64,000 bases of DNA, taken from positions 96,001-160,000 of the forward strand of contig CAVPLT010000006.1 in assembly GCA_963706325.1 (NCBI GenBank), read 5' to 3'. This document shows positions 1 through 8,994 of the stretch, piece by piece. Source of the DNA: an uncultured Nitrospiraceae bacterium. Lineage in GTDB: Bacteria; Nitrospirota; Nitrospiria; Nitrospirales; Nitrospiraceae. How positions within the stretch are numbered: position 1 is the first letter of the stretch; every line of letters begins with the position of its first letter. Below the pieces are notes generated by a model. It did no database searches and had not been told where the DNA came from. It worked only from the letters and a program-made list of their open reading frames with translations. A program made the translations under genes and the position numbers.

Positions 1-876
1 CTCGGCATGTCTTACAGCATCTCCAACGTGCTGGCGGAAGCCGGCCTCGACAACATCATGCGCTGGGTGCCCTTCACGATCGATGAACAAACGCTGCGCA
101 ATCGGATCAAGAACAAGATGGTGCGGCCCACGACCATCCCGCAATCCCTCGACGAACTGCAAATCGAGCAGGCCATCGCGCGCGAGGCCTTGCGGTTGGC
201 GTTGATTCACCATACCTCTCTCGCTACGGGGCTCAAAGGCGTCCAGCAGGAGCGCACCATTTCCGATGTGTTCGAACAGCGCACGTCCGGCAAGACCCTC
301 ATCGACATGTTGAAATTGGATCTGATCGTCGGCAGCGGCGGCATCTTGTCGCATGCGCCGCGCCGCATTCAATCCATGCTGATGATGGTCGACGCCTATG
401 AGCCGCTCGGCGTCACGACGCTGTCGGTCGACAGCATTTTCATGATGCCCCATCTGGGCGTCCTCTCCACCGTCAATGAACAGGCCGCCACCGACGTCTT
501 CGTGCGCGATTGCATGGTCTACCTGGGTACCTGCATCGCCCCGATCGGACAGGGCAGGGACGGAGAGCGCTGTACGGACTATGAAATCGCGCTGCCCGAC
601 GGACGCATCGAGAAAGGGACACTGAACTTCGGCGACCTCAAGCTATTTACTCTGACTCGAGAACAGCAGGCTCAGGTCACGCTTCAACCGATCAAACAGA
701 TTGATCTGGGCAAGGGTCCCGGGCAATCCTTGACCAGGACCGTCCAGGGCGGCGTCGTCGGCCTGATGCTCGACGGGCGGGGTCGTCCGCTGCAAATTCC
801 GAGCGATCAGGCGGCGCGAGCTGCAACCCTCATGCGATGGTACAAGGCGGTCGGATTGTATCCCACTGGGAGATGA
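1..876 (+). CDS. Glutamate mutase L (GlmL/MutL)-family ASKHA-type ATPase, 5'-truncated by the window edge
   Basis: Frame is open from base 1. Contains LIVGSGGILSHAP (ASKHA adenosine-type motif), LGMSYS near the start and C-terminal GGVVGLMLDGRGRP, as I recall for GlmL/MutL-family proteins. Confidence 0.75.
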   Translation, partial: LGMSYSISNVLAEAGLDNIMRWVPFTIDEQTLRNRIKNKMVRPTTIPQSLDELQIEQAIAREALRLALIHHTSLATGLKGVQQERTISDVFEQRTSGKTLIDMLKLDLIVGSGGILSHAPRRIQSMLMMVDAYEPLGVTTLSVDSIFMMPHLGVLSTVNEQAATDVFVRDCMVYLGTCIAPIGQGRDGERCTDYEIALPDGRIEKGTLNFGDLKLFTLTREQQAQVTLQPIKQIDLGKGPGQSLTRTVQGGVVGLMLDGRGRPLQIPSDQAARAATLMRWYKAVGLYPTGR

Positions 877-910
877 TGGGTTGCGGGTGGTAGATGTTCG
901 TCATTTTGGA

Positions 911-1029
911 GGTGACTCAAAACTCTGTGCAGCGAGGCCGCAAGAGGCGAGAGTCCCGGGTCGTATCCTTGGCGGTACGGAAGGAACTTGAGCAACTGAG
1001 AACGAAGCTGCAGGGCGTTTTCAGCAATC
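911..1029 (-). repeat. Structured intergenic repeat (family copy 1)
   Basis: Reverse complement reads GATTGCTGAAAACG..CGTTCTC..CGTACCGCCAAGGATACG..GCTGCACAGAGTTTTGAGTCACC, the same architecture as the copies at 7184-8054. Confidence 0.8.
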
Positions 1030-1037
1030 GGTGATTT

Positions 1038-2165
1038 ATGGCACATTCCTATACGCCCGGCCTCACGGTCGCCGAACGGACCACCGTTCGGCGTAGACGC
1101 ATCTTGCCCTTACCCGGAACGGTCCTGGTGAAGGTGGGGGACATGGTGCATGCGGATACGGTCGTCGCGCGCGCAGAATTACCCGGCAAGGTCATTCCGC
1201 TGAACCTCGCCAACCAGCTGGGCATTTCCCCGGACGAGATCAAGGACTACCTCATCAAGAAAGAACAAGACGCCGTACAAAAAGACGACGTGCTCGCCGA
1301 AAACAAACCCTTCATCAAATGGTTTAAGACTGAAGTCCGCTCGCCGATCACGGGTAGGGTGGAATCGATTTCTACCATTACCGGTCAGATCCTGCTACGG
1401 GAGCCTCCCAGGGTGCTTGAACTTCGCGGCTATATCGACGGCACTATTGCCGAGGTGCAGCCGGAGCAGGGCGTCACCGTTGAGGTTGGTTGTAGCTTGG
1501 TGCAAGGCATTTTCGGCATAGGCGGAGAGGTCAGCGGTGAATTAATCATGGGGGTGACGGCCCCGGACCAACCCTTACTGCCAGAGCAGCTGACACCATC
1601 CATGAAGGGAAAGATTGTGGTTGGAGGGGCTTTTCTGTCTGCCGCGACACTCGCACGCGCCAAAGAGATTGAGGTCGCCGGCTTGGTCGTTGGCGGCATT
1701 CACGACAAAGACCTGCGAACACTCCTCGGGTATGACCTTGGCGTAGCCATTACCGGCGCGGAGCAGGTAGGATTTACCTTGATTCTCACAGAAGGCTTCG
1801 GGACCATCCCGATGGCTCCCAAAACCTTTTCCTTGCTGTCTGCCCATGCTGGACACAAAGCGTCTATTTCAGGCGCCACCCAAATCCGCGCCGGCGTCAT
1901 TCGCCCGGAGATCATCATTCCTCAGACCTCACAGTCCGCCGGCTCCAGACCGGATCCTGTCGAACGCGAGGGGATTCAACTCGGTGATCCGGTGCGAATC
2001 ATTCGCGATCCACTGTTCGGCAAAATCGGAGCCGTGTCCGGCTTGCCACCGGAACTCAGAGCGATCCCGACCGAGAGCGAAGTCCGAGTCCTCGAAGTGC
2101 GTTTTCCCGATGGGACAAAGACCGTGGTCCCCCGCACCAACATCGAAGTGATCGAAGGAGCCTGA
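1038..2165 (+). CDS. Conserved hypothetical protein with barrel-sandwich-hybrid-like repeats and a C-terminal KOW-like motif
   Basis: 375 aa. VLVKVGDMV and EVRSPITGRV resemble biotinyl/lipoyl-type hybrid motifs; LGDPVRIIRDPLFGKIG is KOW-like. Co-oriented in the operon. Confidence 0.7.
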   Translation: MAHSYTPGLTVAERTTVRRRRILPLPGTVLVKVGDMVHADTVVARAELPGKVIPLNLANQLGISPDEIKDYLIKKEQDAVQKDDVLAENKPFIKWFKTEVRSPITGRVESISTITGQILLREPPRVLELRGYIDGTIAEVQPEQGVTVEVGCSLVQGIFGIGGEVSGELIMGVTAPDQPLLPEQLTPSMKGKIVVGGAFLSAATLARAKEIEVAGLVVGGIHDKDLRTLLGYDLGVAITGAEQVGFTLILTEGFGTIPMAPKTFSLLSAHAGHKASISGATQIRAGVIRPEIIIPQTSQSAGSRPDPVEREGIQLGDPVRIIRDPLFGKIGAVSGLPPELRAIPTESEVRVLEVRFPDGTKTVVPRTNIEVIEGA

Positions 2166-2170
2166 GCCGC

Positions 2171-3418
2171 ATGCCCTCTCTTCTGCGCATGGCGCTTGTC
2201 CTCACCGCTCTATTGACACTTGCGCCGCGGCTCCTTTGTGCCCAGGCAATCCTGCCCCCTCCGCAACAGCTACAGGTATTCGATACGCCCAGCGACGGGG
2301 GAGGCAGCCTCACCGCCACCTGGGCTGCTATTCCTTCCGAGAGTGCCACGGACAAATATCAGGTGTTGATGCACGAAGGAGGAGCGCCTCCAGCCCCCAC
2401 GGGATGGAAGGTGGTCGCCGAATTTCCCGCCAACAGTCACTACGTCCGCGAAACGAAGGCCGCTTGGTGGACGAGGCCAGGGACGCCGGGCGATCACGTC
2501 TATCTTATCAAGCACGGCAAGGGCATCGAATTAAAGCCGGGCCAGTCATATGCCGTGACCGTAGCGGCTGTGACCGGTCAGGAGCGGTCTATCGCCCAGC
2601 CGGTCCTAGCATCGACGGAACCGAACTGGATGAATTGGAATCAACTGAACAATCTCATGCTGGCACTCCTGTTCGGCGGGGTAGTGTTTTACGCCATCAA
2701 TCTAGCGAAACGAAAAGACATCTTTCTGCGACGCATTCCCGGCCTCGATGCCGTCGATGAAGCGATCGGTCGCGCCACGGAATTGGGCAAACCGGTGCTC
2801 TACATGACCGGGGCGCACGATATGAACGACCCCGCAACGATTGCTGCCGCGATCATTCTGGGCCGCGTGGCCAAAAAGGCCGCCTCCTACGAAACGGAAT
2901 TGCTGGTCCCGCATCGCGAACCCATCACCATGGCCGTCTGTCAGGAGATTACGAAGCAAGCCTATATGGAAGCGGGCAAGCCGGATCTGTTCAAGGACGA
3001 CGCCAACTTTTTCATTACCAGCGACCAATTCAGTTACACCGCCGCCGTGGACGGGATCATGCTCCGCCGAAAACCGGCGGCGAATTTTTTCATGGGCTCG
3101 TACTTTGCGGAATCGCTTTTACTGACTGAAACCGGCGCGAGCACGGGGGCCATTCAAATCGCGGGAACCGACTCCGACCATCAGCTCCCGTTCTTCGTCA
3201 CCACCTGCGACTACACCCTCATCGGCGAAGAGCTCTATGCCGCCAGCGCCTATCTCTCGAAAGAGCCGATCCAGGTCGGCACCCTGCGCGGACAAGACCT
3301 TGGCAAGGCCTTCATCCTAGGCGTCATCGGCGTAGGGACAGTAGTCGCCACCATCGCCGTCGTCACCGGCGCCGCCTGGCCGCAACTTCTCCTCGACCTC
3401 TTCAAGGATCTGAAATGA
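2171..3418 (+). CDS. Signal peptide + FN3-like domain + TM + DUF6754-like domain protein
   Basis: 415 aa. N-terminal signal peptide; DTPSDGGGSLTATW beta-rich domain; TM near residues 160-178; then LRRIPGLDAVDEAIGRATELGKPV, typical of DUF6754; C-terminal TM. Confidence 0.7.
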   Translation: MPSLLRMALVLTALLTLAPRLLCAQAILPPPQQLQVFDTPSDGGGSLTATWAAIPSESATDKYQVLMHEGGAPPAPTGWKVVAEFPANSHYVRETKAAWWTRPGTPGDHVYLIKHGKGIELKPGQSYAVTVAAVTGQERSIAQPVLASTEPNWMNWNQLNNLMLALLFGGVVFYAINLAKRKDIFLRRIPGLDAVDEAIGRATELGKPVLYMTGAHDMNDPATIAAAIILGRVAKKAASYETELLVPHREPITMAVCQEITKQAYMEAGKPDLFKDDANFFITSDQFSYTAAVDGIMLRRKPAANFFMGSYFAESLLLTETGASTGAIQIAGTDSDHQLPFFVTTCDYTLIGEELYAASAYLSKEPIQVGTLRGQDLGKAFILGVIGVGTVVATIAVVTGAAWPQLLLDLFKDLK

Positions 3419-4065
3419 TTTTTCTTCGCCGGCAGTTGCCGCTGCTCATTACGATGGTGACCGGATTAGTCATGGCCGCGCAATACTACGTGCCCCACCC
3501 GGCTTCAGAGCAACTCCTCACCACCGTCACCAAATGGCTCCAGATCATCGGTGGGTTCGCGCTCGTTCTTGGCATTACCAGCCTGTTCCATGTGCATGCC
3601 GCGAAAATCCGGCGCAAGGAAGCGGGCTGGGGGTACAGCCTGGTGCTCTATGCCGGCATGCTCGGCACCACCGTGGTGGGGCTTTGGAACGGCGGGAAAG
3701 AAAGTATCGAGGGAGCCATGACGTCGTTCGGCTGGGTCTACTCCTATACCCTCGTGCCGCTGCAAGGCACCATGTTCGCCATTCTGGCGTTCTTCATCGC
3801 CTCTGCGGCTTATCGCTCGTTTCGCGCCCGCAGCCGGGAAGCCGCCGTGTTATTGATCGCCGCGGTGATCGTCATGATGGGCCGGGTTCCGCTGGGTGAA
3901 TACCTCCTGCCCATCAGCGGCGACTTATCGAGTTGGATTTTGAATGTGTTGAACGCGTCCGTCCGGCGCGCCATTTTGATCGGAGTCAGCCTGGGGGCCG
4001 TGGCCCTCTCGTTCAAGATCATCTTCGGCGTGGAACGGTCGTACCTGGGCGGCGGCAAGGAATAG
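3415..4065 (+). CDS. Conserved integral membrane protein (about 6 TM)
   Basis: 216 aa, strongly hydrophobic. ATGA overlap with the upstream stop. FFIASAAYRSFRARS motif. Confidence 0.8.
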   Translation: MIFLRRQLPLLITMVTGLVMAAQYYVPHPASEQLLTTVTKWLQIIGGFALVLGITSLFHVHAAKIRRKEAGWGYSLVLYAGMLGTTVVGLWNGGKESIEGAMTSFGWVYSYTLVPLQGTMFAILAFFIASAAYRSFRARSREAAVLLIAAVIVMMGRVPLGEYLLPISGDLSSWILNVLNASVRRAILIGVSLGAVALSFKIIFGVERSYLGGGKE

Positions 4066-4069
4066 TCCG

Positions 4070-4915
4070 ATGAGTTTCGCTGAGCGCATGTTACGGATCG
4101 ACCGGCGGATCATCTTTCTGGTGATCGGGCTTTGCACGCTGTTCCCCCTGTTATTTCCGGTGGGATTGCCCATCCGGATTTCATCTGAGGTTCGGGGCGT
4201 CTACGACTACATCGACAATTTGCCTGAAGGGTCCGTCTTTCTACTGTCCCTGGATTTCGACCCAGCCTCGAAACCTGAGCTTTATCCCCAGGCCATCGCG
4301 ATTTTACGCCATGCTTTCCACAAGAACTTGCGAGTCGTCGCCATGACGCTGTGGGTATCCGGAACTGGGCTGGCCGACCAGATCGTGTCCCAAACCGCCA
4401 AGGAGGCAGGCAAGGAAAACGGCAAGGACTACGTATTCCTGGGCTGGAGCCCAGGCGGCAGCGCCGTTATTTTGAATATGGGGCAAGACTTGTACAATGC
4501 GTTCCCAACCGACTATGGGAACAGGTCCACGAAAGGCCTTCCCGTCCTGGCCGGCGTGCAGAGCCTACGGGATGTGACCTATGCCGTGAGTCTCGGCGCG
4601 GGCAATCCAGGAGTCGAAGCCTGGTACGTCTTCGGCAAGGACAAGTATAAGTTCGAACTTGGCGGCGGCTGTACCGGCGTCATGGCGCCTGGCCTCTATC
4701 CGTTGTTGCGGAGCGGGCAGATCAACGGACTGATCGGCGGCCTGCGCGGGGCGGCAGAGTATGAAACGCTCATTGGCCAGAAGGGCAAGGCCGTCGCCGG
4801 AATGGACGCCCAATCGGCCACCCACCTCGCCATTATCGTGCTCGTGACGATTTGCAATATTTTTTACTTTACGGTGCGGCGGCAACAGCGCCGGCAGGAA
4901 CAGATGGGATCGTAG
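4070..4915 (+). CDS. Conserved membrane-anchored protein (N- and C-terminal TM, central soluble alpha/beta domain)
   Basis: 281 aa. AAGGA RBS. DRRIIF N-terminal TM, GLIGGLRGAAEYE motif, C-terminal TM. Confidence 0.8.
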   Translation: MSFAERMLRIDRRIIFLVIGLCTLFPLLFPVGLPIRISSEVRGVYDYIDNLPEGSVFLLSLDFDPASKPELYPQAIAILRHAFHKNLRVVAMTLWVSGTGLADQIVSQTAKEAGKENGKDYVFLGWSPGGSAVILNMGQDLYNAFPTDYGNRSTKGLPVLAGVQSLRDVTYAVSLGAGNPGVEAWYVFGKDKYKFELGGGCTGVMAPGLYPLLRSGQINGLIGGLRGAAEYETLIGQKGKAVAGMDAQSATHLAIIVLVTICNIFYFTVRRQQRRQEQMGS

Positions 4916-4920
4916 GCGCT

Positions 4921-5676
4921 ATGGATCTTCCGTTTGAAGTCATACTCGGCGGGTGGCTCGCCACAGGATTGACTCTCTTCATCCTGTCGTTCCTGTATGA
5001 GGACAATCCGTTGTTTAAACTCGCCGAGCATCTATACGTCGGCGTCTCGCTAGGCTACACGATCGTCAAAACCTATGACACGGTTGTCATGACCCTGATC
5101 CTGCGTCCCATCCTCGACAAGGGAGAATGGTCGTTGCTGATTCCTGTCGCCATCGGTACCCTGATGTTGACGCGATATGTCCCCAAAGCCGCCTGGCTCT
5201 CGCGTTATGCCTTTTCCTTCATTGTCGGCGTCGGAGCAGGGCTGGCGATTCCCCGGACGATCTCCTCGTTCATTTTGAAACAAATTGAGGATACGGTTCG
5301 TCCGCTGCTGACCATTGTGCCGGGGGAGGGCGTCACCTTCACCTATTCACTGCTGAACCCTGCCAGCAATTTGAATGGAATCATCATCCTGATCGGCGTG
5401 GTGTCGGTTCTCTTCTACTTCTTTTTCTCGGTTGAACATTCCGGCCCAGGGAAAATGGTCGCACGGGCGGGGATCGTGTTTTTGATGATCTCGTTCGGAG
5501 CGGCCTTCGGCTACACCGTCATGGCCCGCATGTCCCTCCTGATCGGCCGGCTCACGGACCTGATTGAATTCTCCGACGCCTCCTACAGCCGTCCCACGCT
5601 CTGGCTCACGCTGCTCACCATCGCCACACTGTTTCTATTGAGCCGACGCGGCGGCGCCCATCCGCCGGAACGCTAG
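4921..5676 (+). CDS. Conserved integral membrane protein (about 7 TM)
   Basis: ATG 5 nt after the upstream stop. SFLYEDNPLFKLAEHLYVG and FGAAFGYTVMARMSLL motifs. Hydrophobic throughout. Confidence 0.8.
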   Translation: MDLPFEVILGGWLATGLTLFILSFLYEDNPLFKLAEHLYVGVSLGYTIVKTYDTVVMTLILRPILDKGEWSLLIPVAIGTLMLTRYVPKAAWLSRYAFSFIVGVGAGLAIPRTISSFILKQIEDTVRPLLTIVPGEGVTFTYSLLNPASNLNGIIILIGVVSVLFYFFFSVEHSGPGKMVARAGIVFLMISFGAAFGYTVMARMSLLIGRLTDLIEFSDASYSRPTLWLTLLTIATLFLLSRRGGAHPPER

Positions 5677-5721
5677 TCCAGCCTAGACCGCTGGCATGAA
5701 ACCCGTTTCCGGCAATGTCTT

Positions 5722-5884
5722 CGGAAGGTTCAAAATTTGGTCCGGCAAGGCCGCAGCGAATGTAGAACTGAGGCGTACCCTTCTTACCTCCCGTTCGCGC
5801 CTGCTGAGACAGGCTCTTTTCCGTGGCGGTACGTTGCGCCCTAATGACGGGTAAACAAAGCGGGGCGGCTTTTTCAATATCCTG
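5722..5884 (-). repeat. Structured intergenic repeat (copy 2, long variant with GAAAAGAGCCTGTC insert)
   Basis: Reverse complement: CAGGATATTGAAAAAGCC..CAACGTACC..GAAAAGAGCCTGTC..GGTACGCCTC..GCTGCGGCCTTG..TTTTGAACCTTCCG. The insert is shared with the copy at 7312-7481. Confidence 0.8.
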
Positions 5885-5891
5885 TTACCAG

Positions 5892-5921
5892 TTGCACAGC
5901 GGAAGTTGGCTTCGTTAGAAT
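5892..5921 (+). promoter_or_regulatory. Candidate sigma70 promoter for the MEMO-family gene
   Basis: TTGCAC-N18-TAGAAT, ending 10 nt before the ATG at 5932. Confidence 0.4.
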
Positions 5922-5931
5922 GCCCCTCATT

Positions 5932-7182
5932 ATGGAATCAACCACGACCATCGCCGCCAAAGATCCCGCGCAGTATCCGCTGCTACGCAACCTTCAATTT
6001 TCACCGATCAAGGAAGGGGAAGAGCAGTACGTCGTGCTCTGGGACCCGACCGGCTTGAGCAAGGAACGACTGGTCCTGCCGTTGAATTATTTTTTCATCG
6101 TGCAGCATCTGGACGGCGAACATACCCTGCAGGACATCGGCGCCATCTATCTGAAACGGTTCGGCGAATTCCTCATGCCGAATAAAGTCGAGCAATTGCT
6201 CGCCGATCTGAATACCAAATTATTCTTGGAGGGGGAGCGGACCGAACAGGCCAAACAACAGGCCCTGGAGACCTATCGCCAAGCCCCTTCTAGGCCTCCT
6301 CAGTTTGCCGGCCGGAGTTATGAAGCCGACGCCGCCAAGCTTCGCGCCCAGATCAAGGGGTTCTTTACCTCGAAGGAAGGACCGGAGATCAAAGCGTCCG
6401 AACATGCGGGCAAACCCATCAAGGGCCTTGTCGCACCGACCTACGAACTCAAGCATGCGGGTCCGATCTATGCCTGGGCTTATAAGGAGCTGCAGGAAGC
6501 TCAGCAACCGGACCTGTACGTCCTTATCGGCACCGCCCATTCCGGGCTGGAACAATTGGTCACTGTGACCGACAAAGACTTCGAAACCCCCCTGGGAATC
6601 GTCAAGGTTGAACGAAGCATCACCGATCAGCTGCGCGAGCAGATTCCTTCCGCCTTCACCGAAGAACTGGCACACCAAAATGAACATGCATTGGAATTTC
6701 AGCTGCCATTCCTGCAGGAGAGCCTCGGCCAAGAGAAGCCCTTCACGATTGTCCCGATCCTTACCTCGTTTTCAGCGGATAGCCTGCGCGATCCGCAAAT
6801 CCGGGCACAGGTCGAGACGTTTCTTCAGACATTGAAAGAGGCGTTGTCCGCGTCCGGCAAACAATATTGCGTCCTCGTTGGAGCGGAACTGGCCCATATC
6901 GGTATGCGCTACGGCGATTCGGCTCCCCCGACCGATTTTTCGTTTCACCGTTGCATGCAAACCGATCTCGAAATGCTCAAACATGTCGAGAACCGCGACC
7001 CGGAAGAATTCGCCAAATTCATTCAAAAAGAAAGCGATCAGCGTCGTATCTCCGGCTTCTCACCGATCTACTCGTTGCTGCGTTTGATTCAGGCCGAAAC
7101 CGGGCAGGTGTTACGTTACGACCGCGGCATTACCGATCAGTACAATTCGACGGTGACATATGCCAGCATGGCCTTCTTCTGA
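5932..7182 (+). CDS. AmmeMemoRadiSam system protein B (MEMO1 family) with N-terminal PqqD-like extension
   Basis: FAGRSYEAD, GTAH, DFETPLG, HQNEHALEFQLPFLQ, LAHIG and VTYASMAF follow the MEMO1/AmrB pattern. N-terminal QHLDGEHTLQDI is winged-helix-like. Alternative start at 5920. Confidence 0.8.
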   Translation: MESTTTIAAKDPAQYPLLRNLQFSPIKEGEEQYVVLWDPTGLSKERLVLPLNYFFIVQHLDGEHTLQDIGAIYLKRFGEFLMPNKVEQLLADLNTKLFLEGERTEQAKQQALETYRQAPSRPPQFAGRSYEADAAKLRAQIKGFFTSKEGPEIKASEHAGKPIKGLVAPTYELKHAGPIYAWAYKELQEAQQPDLYVLIGTAHSGLEQLVTVTDKDFETPLGIVKVERSITDQLREQIPSAFTEELAHQNEHALEFQLPFLQESLGQEKPFTIVPILTSFSADSLRDPQIRAQVETFLQTLKEALSASGKQYCVLVGAELAHIGMRYGDSAPPTDFSFHRCMQTDLEMLKHVENRDPEEFAKFIQKESDQRRISGFSPIYSLLRLIQAETGQVLRYDRGITDQYNSTVTYASMAFF

Positions 7183-7183
7183 A

Positions 7184-7720
7184 CAGAACGGTGAAAACGA
7201 CCGCCACCGTCGTTCTCGCGTCACTCAGCTCGCTCAACGTAGCGCAAGGCTACGCCTCGCTCCTTCGCTAGCTACGGCCTAGGTGGACAGTCGTTTTGAC
7301 CGTTCTGCGGGTAGCCTGCTGAAACAAGTTCCCAACCTCGTTCTTCCCTCGAAACCATCTTCAACGTAGCCCCATGGGAAAAGAGCCTGTCCCGGCAGGC
7401 TCAGGGTCAGTGGGTAAGAATGTCACGCTTCCGGTGGTGTCGTCGGCTGCGGCCTCCTTGGACGCCTGTTTGAGCAGCCTACATATGAAAGCCGGCGTCG
7501 TTCTCGCTTCGTTCAGAGCCTCAACGTACTAATCAGTACGCCTCGGCCCTTCACTCGCTGCGGCCTTGCCAAACGGTCGTTTTGATCGTCCGCAGGCAGG
7601 CTGTTGAAACAGCACCCACCTTCGTTCTCGACTCATCAAAATTCTCAACGTACCTCAAAGGGTACGCCTCCGGTTTTGTCTTCCCTGCGGCCTCGGTAGA
7701 CGGCTTTTTGAGCAGCCTGC
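7184..7720 (+). repeat. Tandem array of four structured repeats (7184-7307, 7312-7481, ~7486-7593, 7596-7720)
   Basis: Each unit runs: terminal stem..TGAAA, CGTTCT(C), TCAACGTA-hairpin-(T)ACG, CT(G/A)CGGCCT, TTTGA..terminal stem. Unit 1 ends CAGAACGGTGAAAACGAC / GTCGTTTTGACCGTTCTG. Confidence 0.9.
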
Positions 7721-7863
7721 GCAAATCACCACAGACATTGCCGGCGTCGTTCGCTCCTCAACAAAACCATCGTTAGTCACTCTCATCTCGTCTCGTCAGA
7801 AGAACCTTCACAAAGTACATTTCACATCTTACGGTTGACCTCTCACGCTCCACCGGACATGTC

Positions 7864-8054
7864 GCAGGAGGATCAAAAAGTCCGCCCAGCGCGGCCGCAG
7901 CGAGGCGCACGGGGCGAGGAATAACGAGCGCCATGTTTGTGCGCGCCCGCGAGCCGGTGAGCGGGCAGTGTCTTAAGCAAAGTGTAGCTTGTTCACTACG
8001 TTGAGGATCGGAGCGATGCGAGAACGAAGCTGGGGGGCTTTTTCACCCTCCTGC
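7864..8054 (-). repeat. Structured repeat, inverted copy with a second type of insert
   Basis: Ends GCAGGAGGATCAAAAAG / CTTTTTCACCCTCCTGC. The insert GAGGCGCACGG.GCGAGGAATAACGAGCGCCA is shared with 38213-38360. Confidence 0.85.
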
Positions 8055-8467
8055 TAATAGGCGGGAACGCCGCCGGCCGGGTCAGTATATCTGGTAGGCG
8101 TAGTGAAGTGATCCCAAGTCGTGACGACACCTGCTTCAAAGTACACACGAAAGTCGGCAGTGACGCAGGCATCTCTTCCGATGGGCGGGTAGAGCCACAC
8201 CTGCACACGTCTGCCTTGATCTTGTATCTCAGTCTTACAGACCGGCGCTCCGAGGGCAAGATACACCTGGTCTTGATTCATGCCTCGGATGATGGTTCCG
8301 CGGTCGATCGTCCGCCGCACGTCCTCTGGGTAGGACGGATACTGGTCTCTCATGAGGCGATGGCGCTCCGTGTCACACCCCGATAAGCTTATGGCTAGCA
8401 GGAGAAGACTATGGAAAAGGACCCGTTGAAGCCACACCAACGAAGCGCTTCCGAGGAGAGGGCTCAT
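8054..8467 (-). CDS. Hypothetical lipoprotein
   Basis: Hydrophobic stretch ending LSGC (lipobox). GMNQDQVYLALGAP resembles BamE/SmpA-like small lipoproteins. Confidence 0.7.
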   Translation of the reverse strand: MSPLLGSASLVWLQRVLFHSLLLLAISLSGCDTERHRLMRDQYPSYPEDVRRTIDRGTIIRGMNQDQVYLALGAPVCKTEIQDQGRRVQVWLYPPIGRDACVTADFRVYFEAGVVTTWDHFTTPTRYTDPAGGVPAY

Positions 8468-8994
8468 AGCACCTGCTCCGGCAATTGCCCGCAGAACAAC
8501 TCGACCGTTTTTTGAAACAGGAAGAGGGCCGTGTCCTGAGGAGAGGCCGCAAGGGCGGCATTGGCAGCCTCTTCAATGTCGGAACGGCAAATCTGAAAAC
8601 GACGAACAACGTAGAGCGCGTCGTCTAAATCAAGTTCAATGCCGCGACGAAGTTTCGCGATCACGTAATCCACCGGCGCCAAAAGGCGGATGCGGAGATT
8701 CGGACGAGATAGGAGGTCTGTGGCGCGGTCTCGATACCCAGGCGGCATCGCCACAATAGACCATCCAGAAATGTTCTGCTTCAGATCCGCCGGCACACCT
8801 TCAGCAGAAAGAAACGCGACAGGCGGATGGAGCGGACCAGTAAGTTCGCCGTCCACATCGTTCGTCTAGCGTTCACGAAATCCATAATATTGCAACGCAA
8901 GGGTGCCGCCGGGGAGCAAGTCGATCGGTTGACCGGTGGTCTGGACGAATTGCTCCAGAAGGAGAATTGGGCGTTCACCGGTGATGGTAGGCAA
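8464..8994 (-). pseudogene. Nucleotidyltransferase (DUF6036/AbiEii-like) interrupted by an in-frame TAG at 8866-8868
   Basis: Minus strand reads ..GGTLALQYYGFRER*TNDVDGEL.. in one frame. Has the GG..A..G..R.T.DVD NTase signature and downstream AKLRRG..DL.DA. Probable TTG start overlaps the upstream gene's 3' end. Confidence 0.75.

Noticed and set aside
7184..7720. CRISPR array
   Set aside because: The units are long and degenerate, and their variable parts pair with each other within a unit instead of being unique spacers. No cas genes are present.
5683..8259. Short ORFs 5683-5877, 7582-7776 and 7996-8259
   Set aside because: They are translations of the repeat family or antisense shadows, not plausible proteins.
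8866..8868. Pyrrolysine or programmed amber readthrough in the NTase
   Set aside because: No pyl genes or supporting element in the window; a simple nonsense mutation or sequencing error is more parsimonious.
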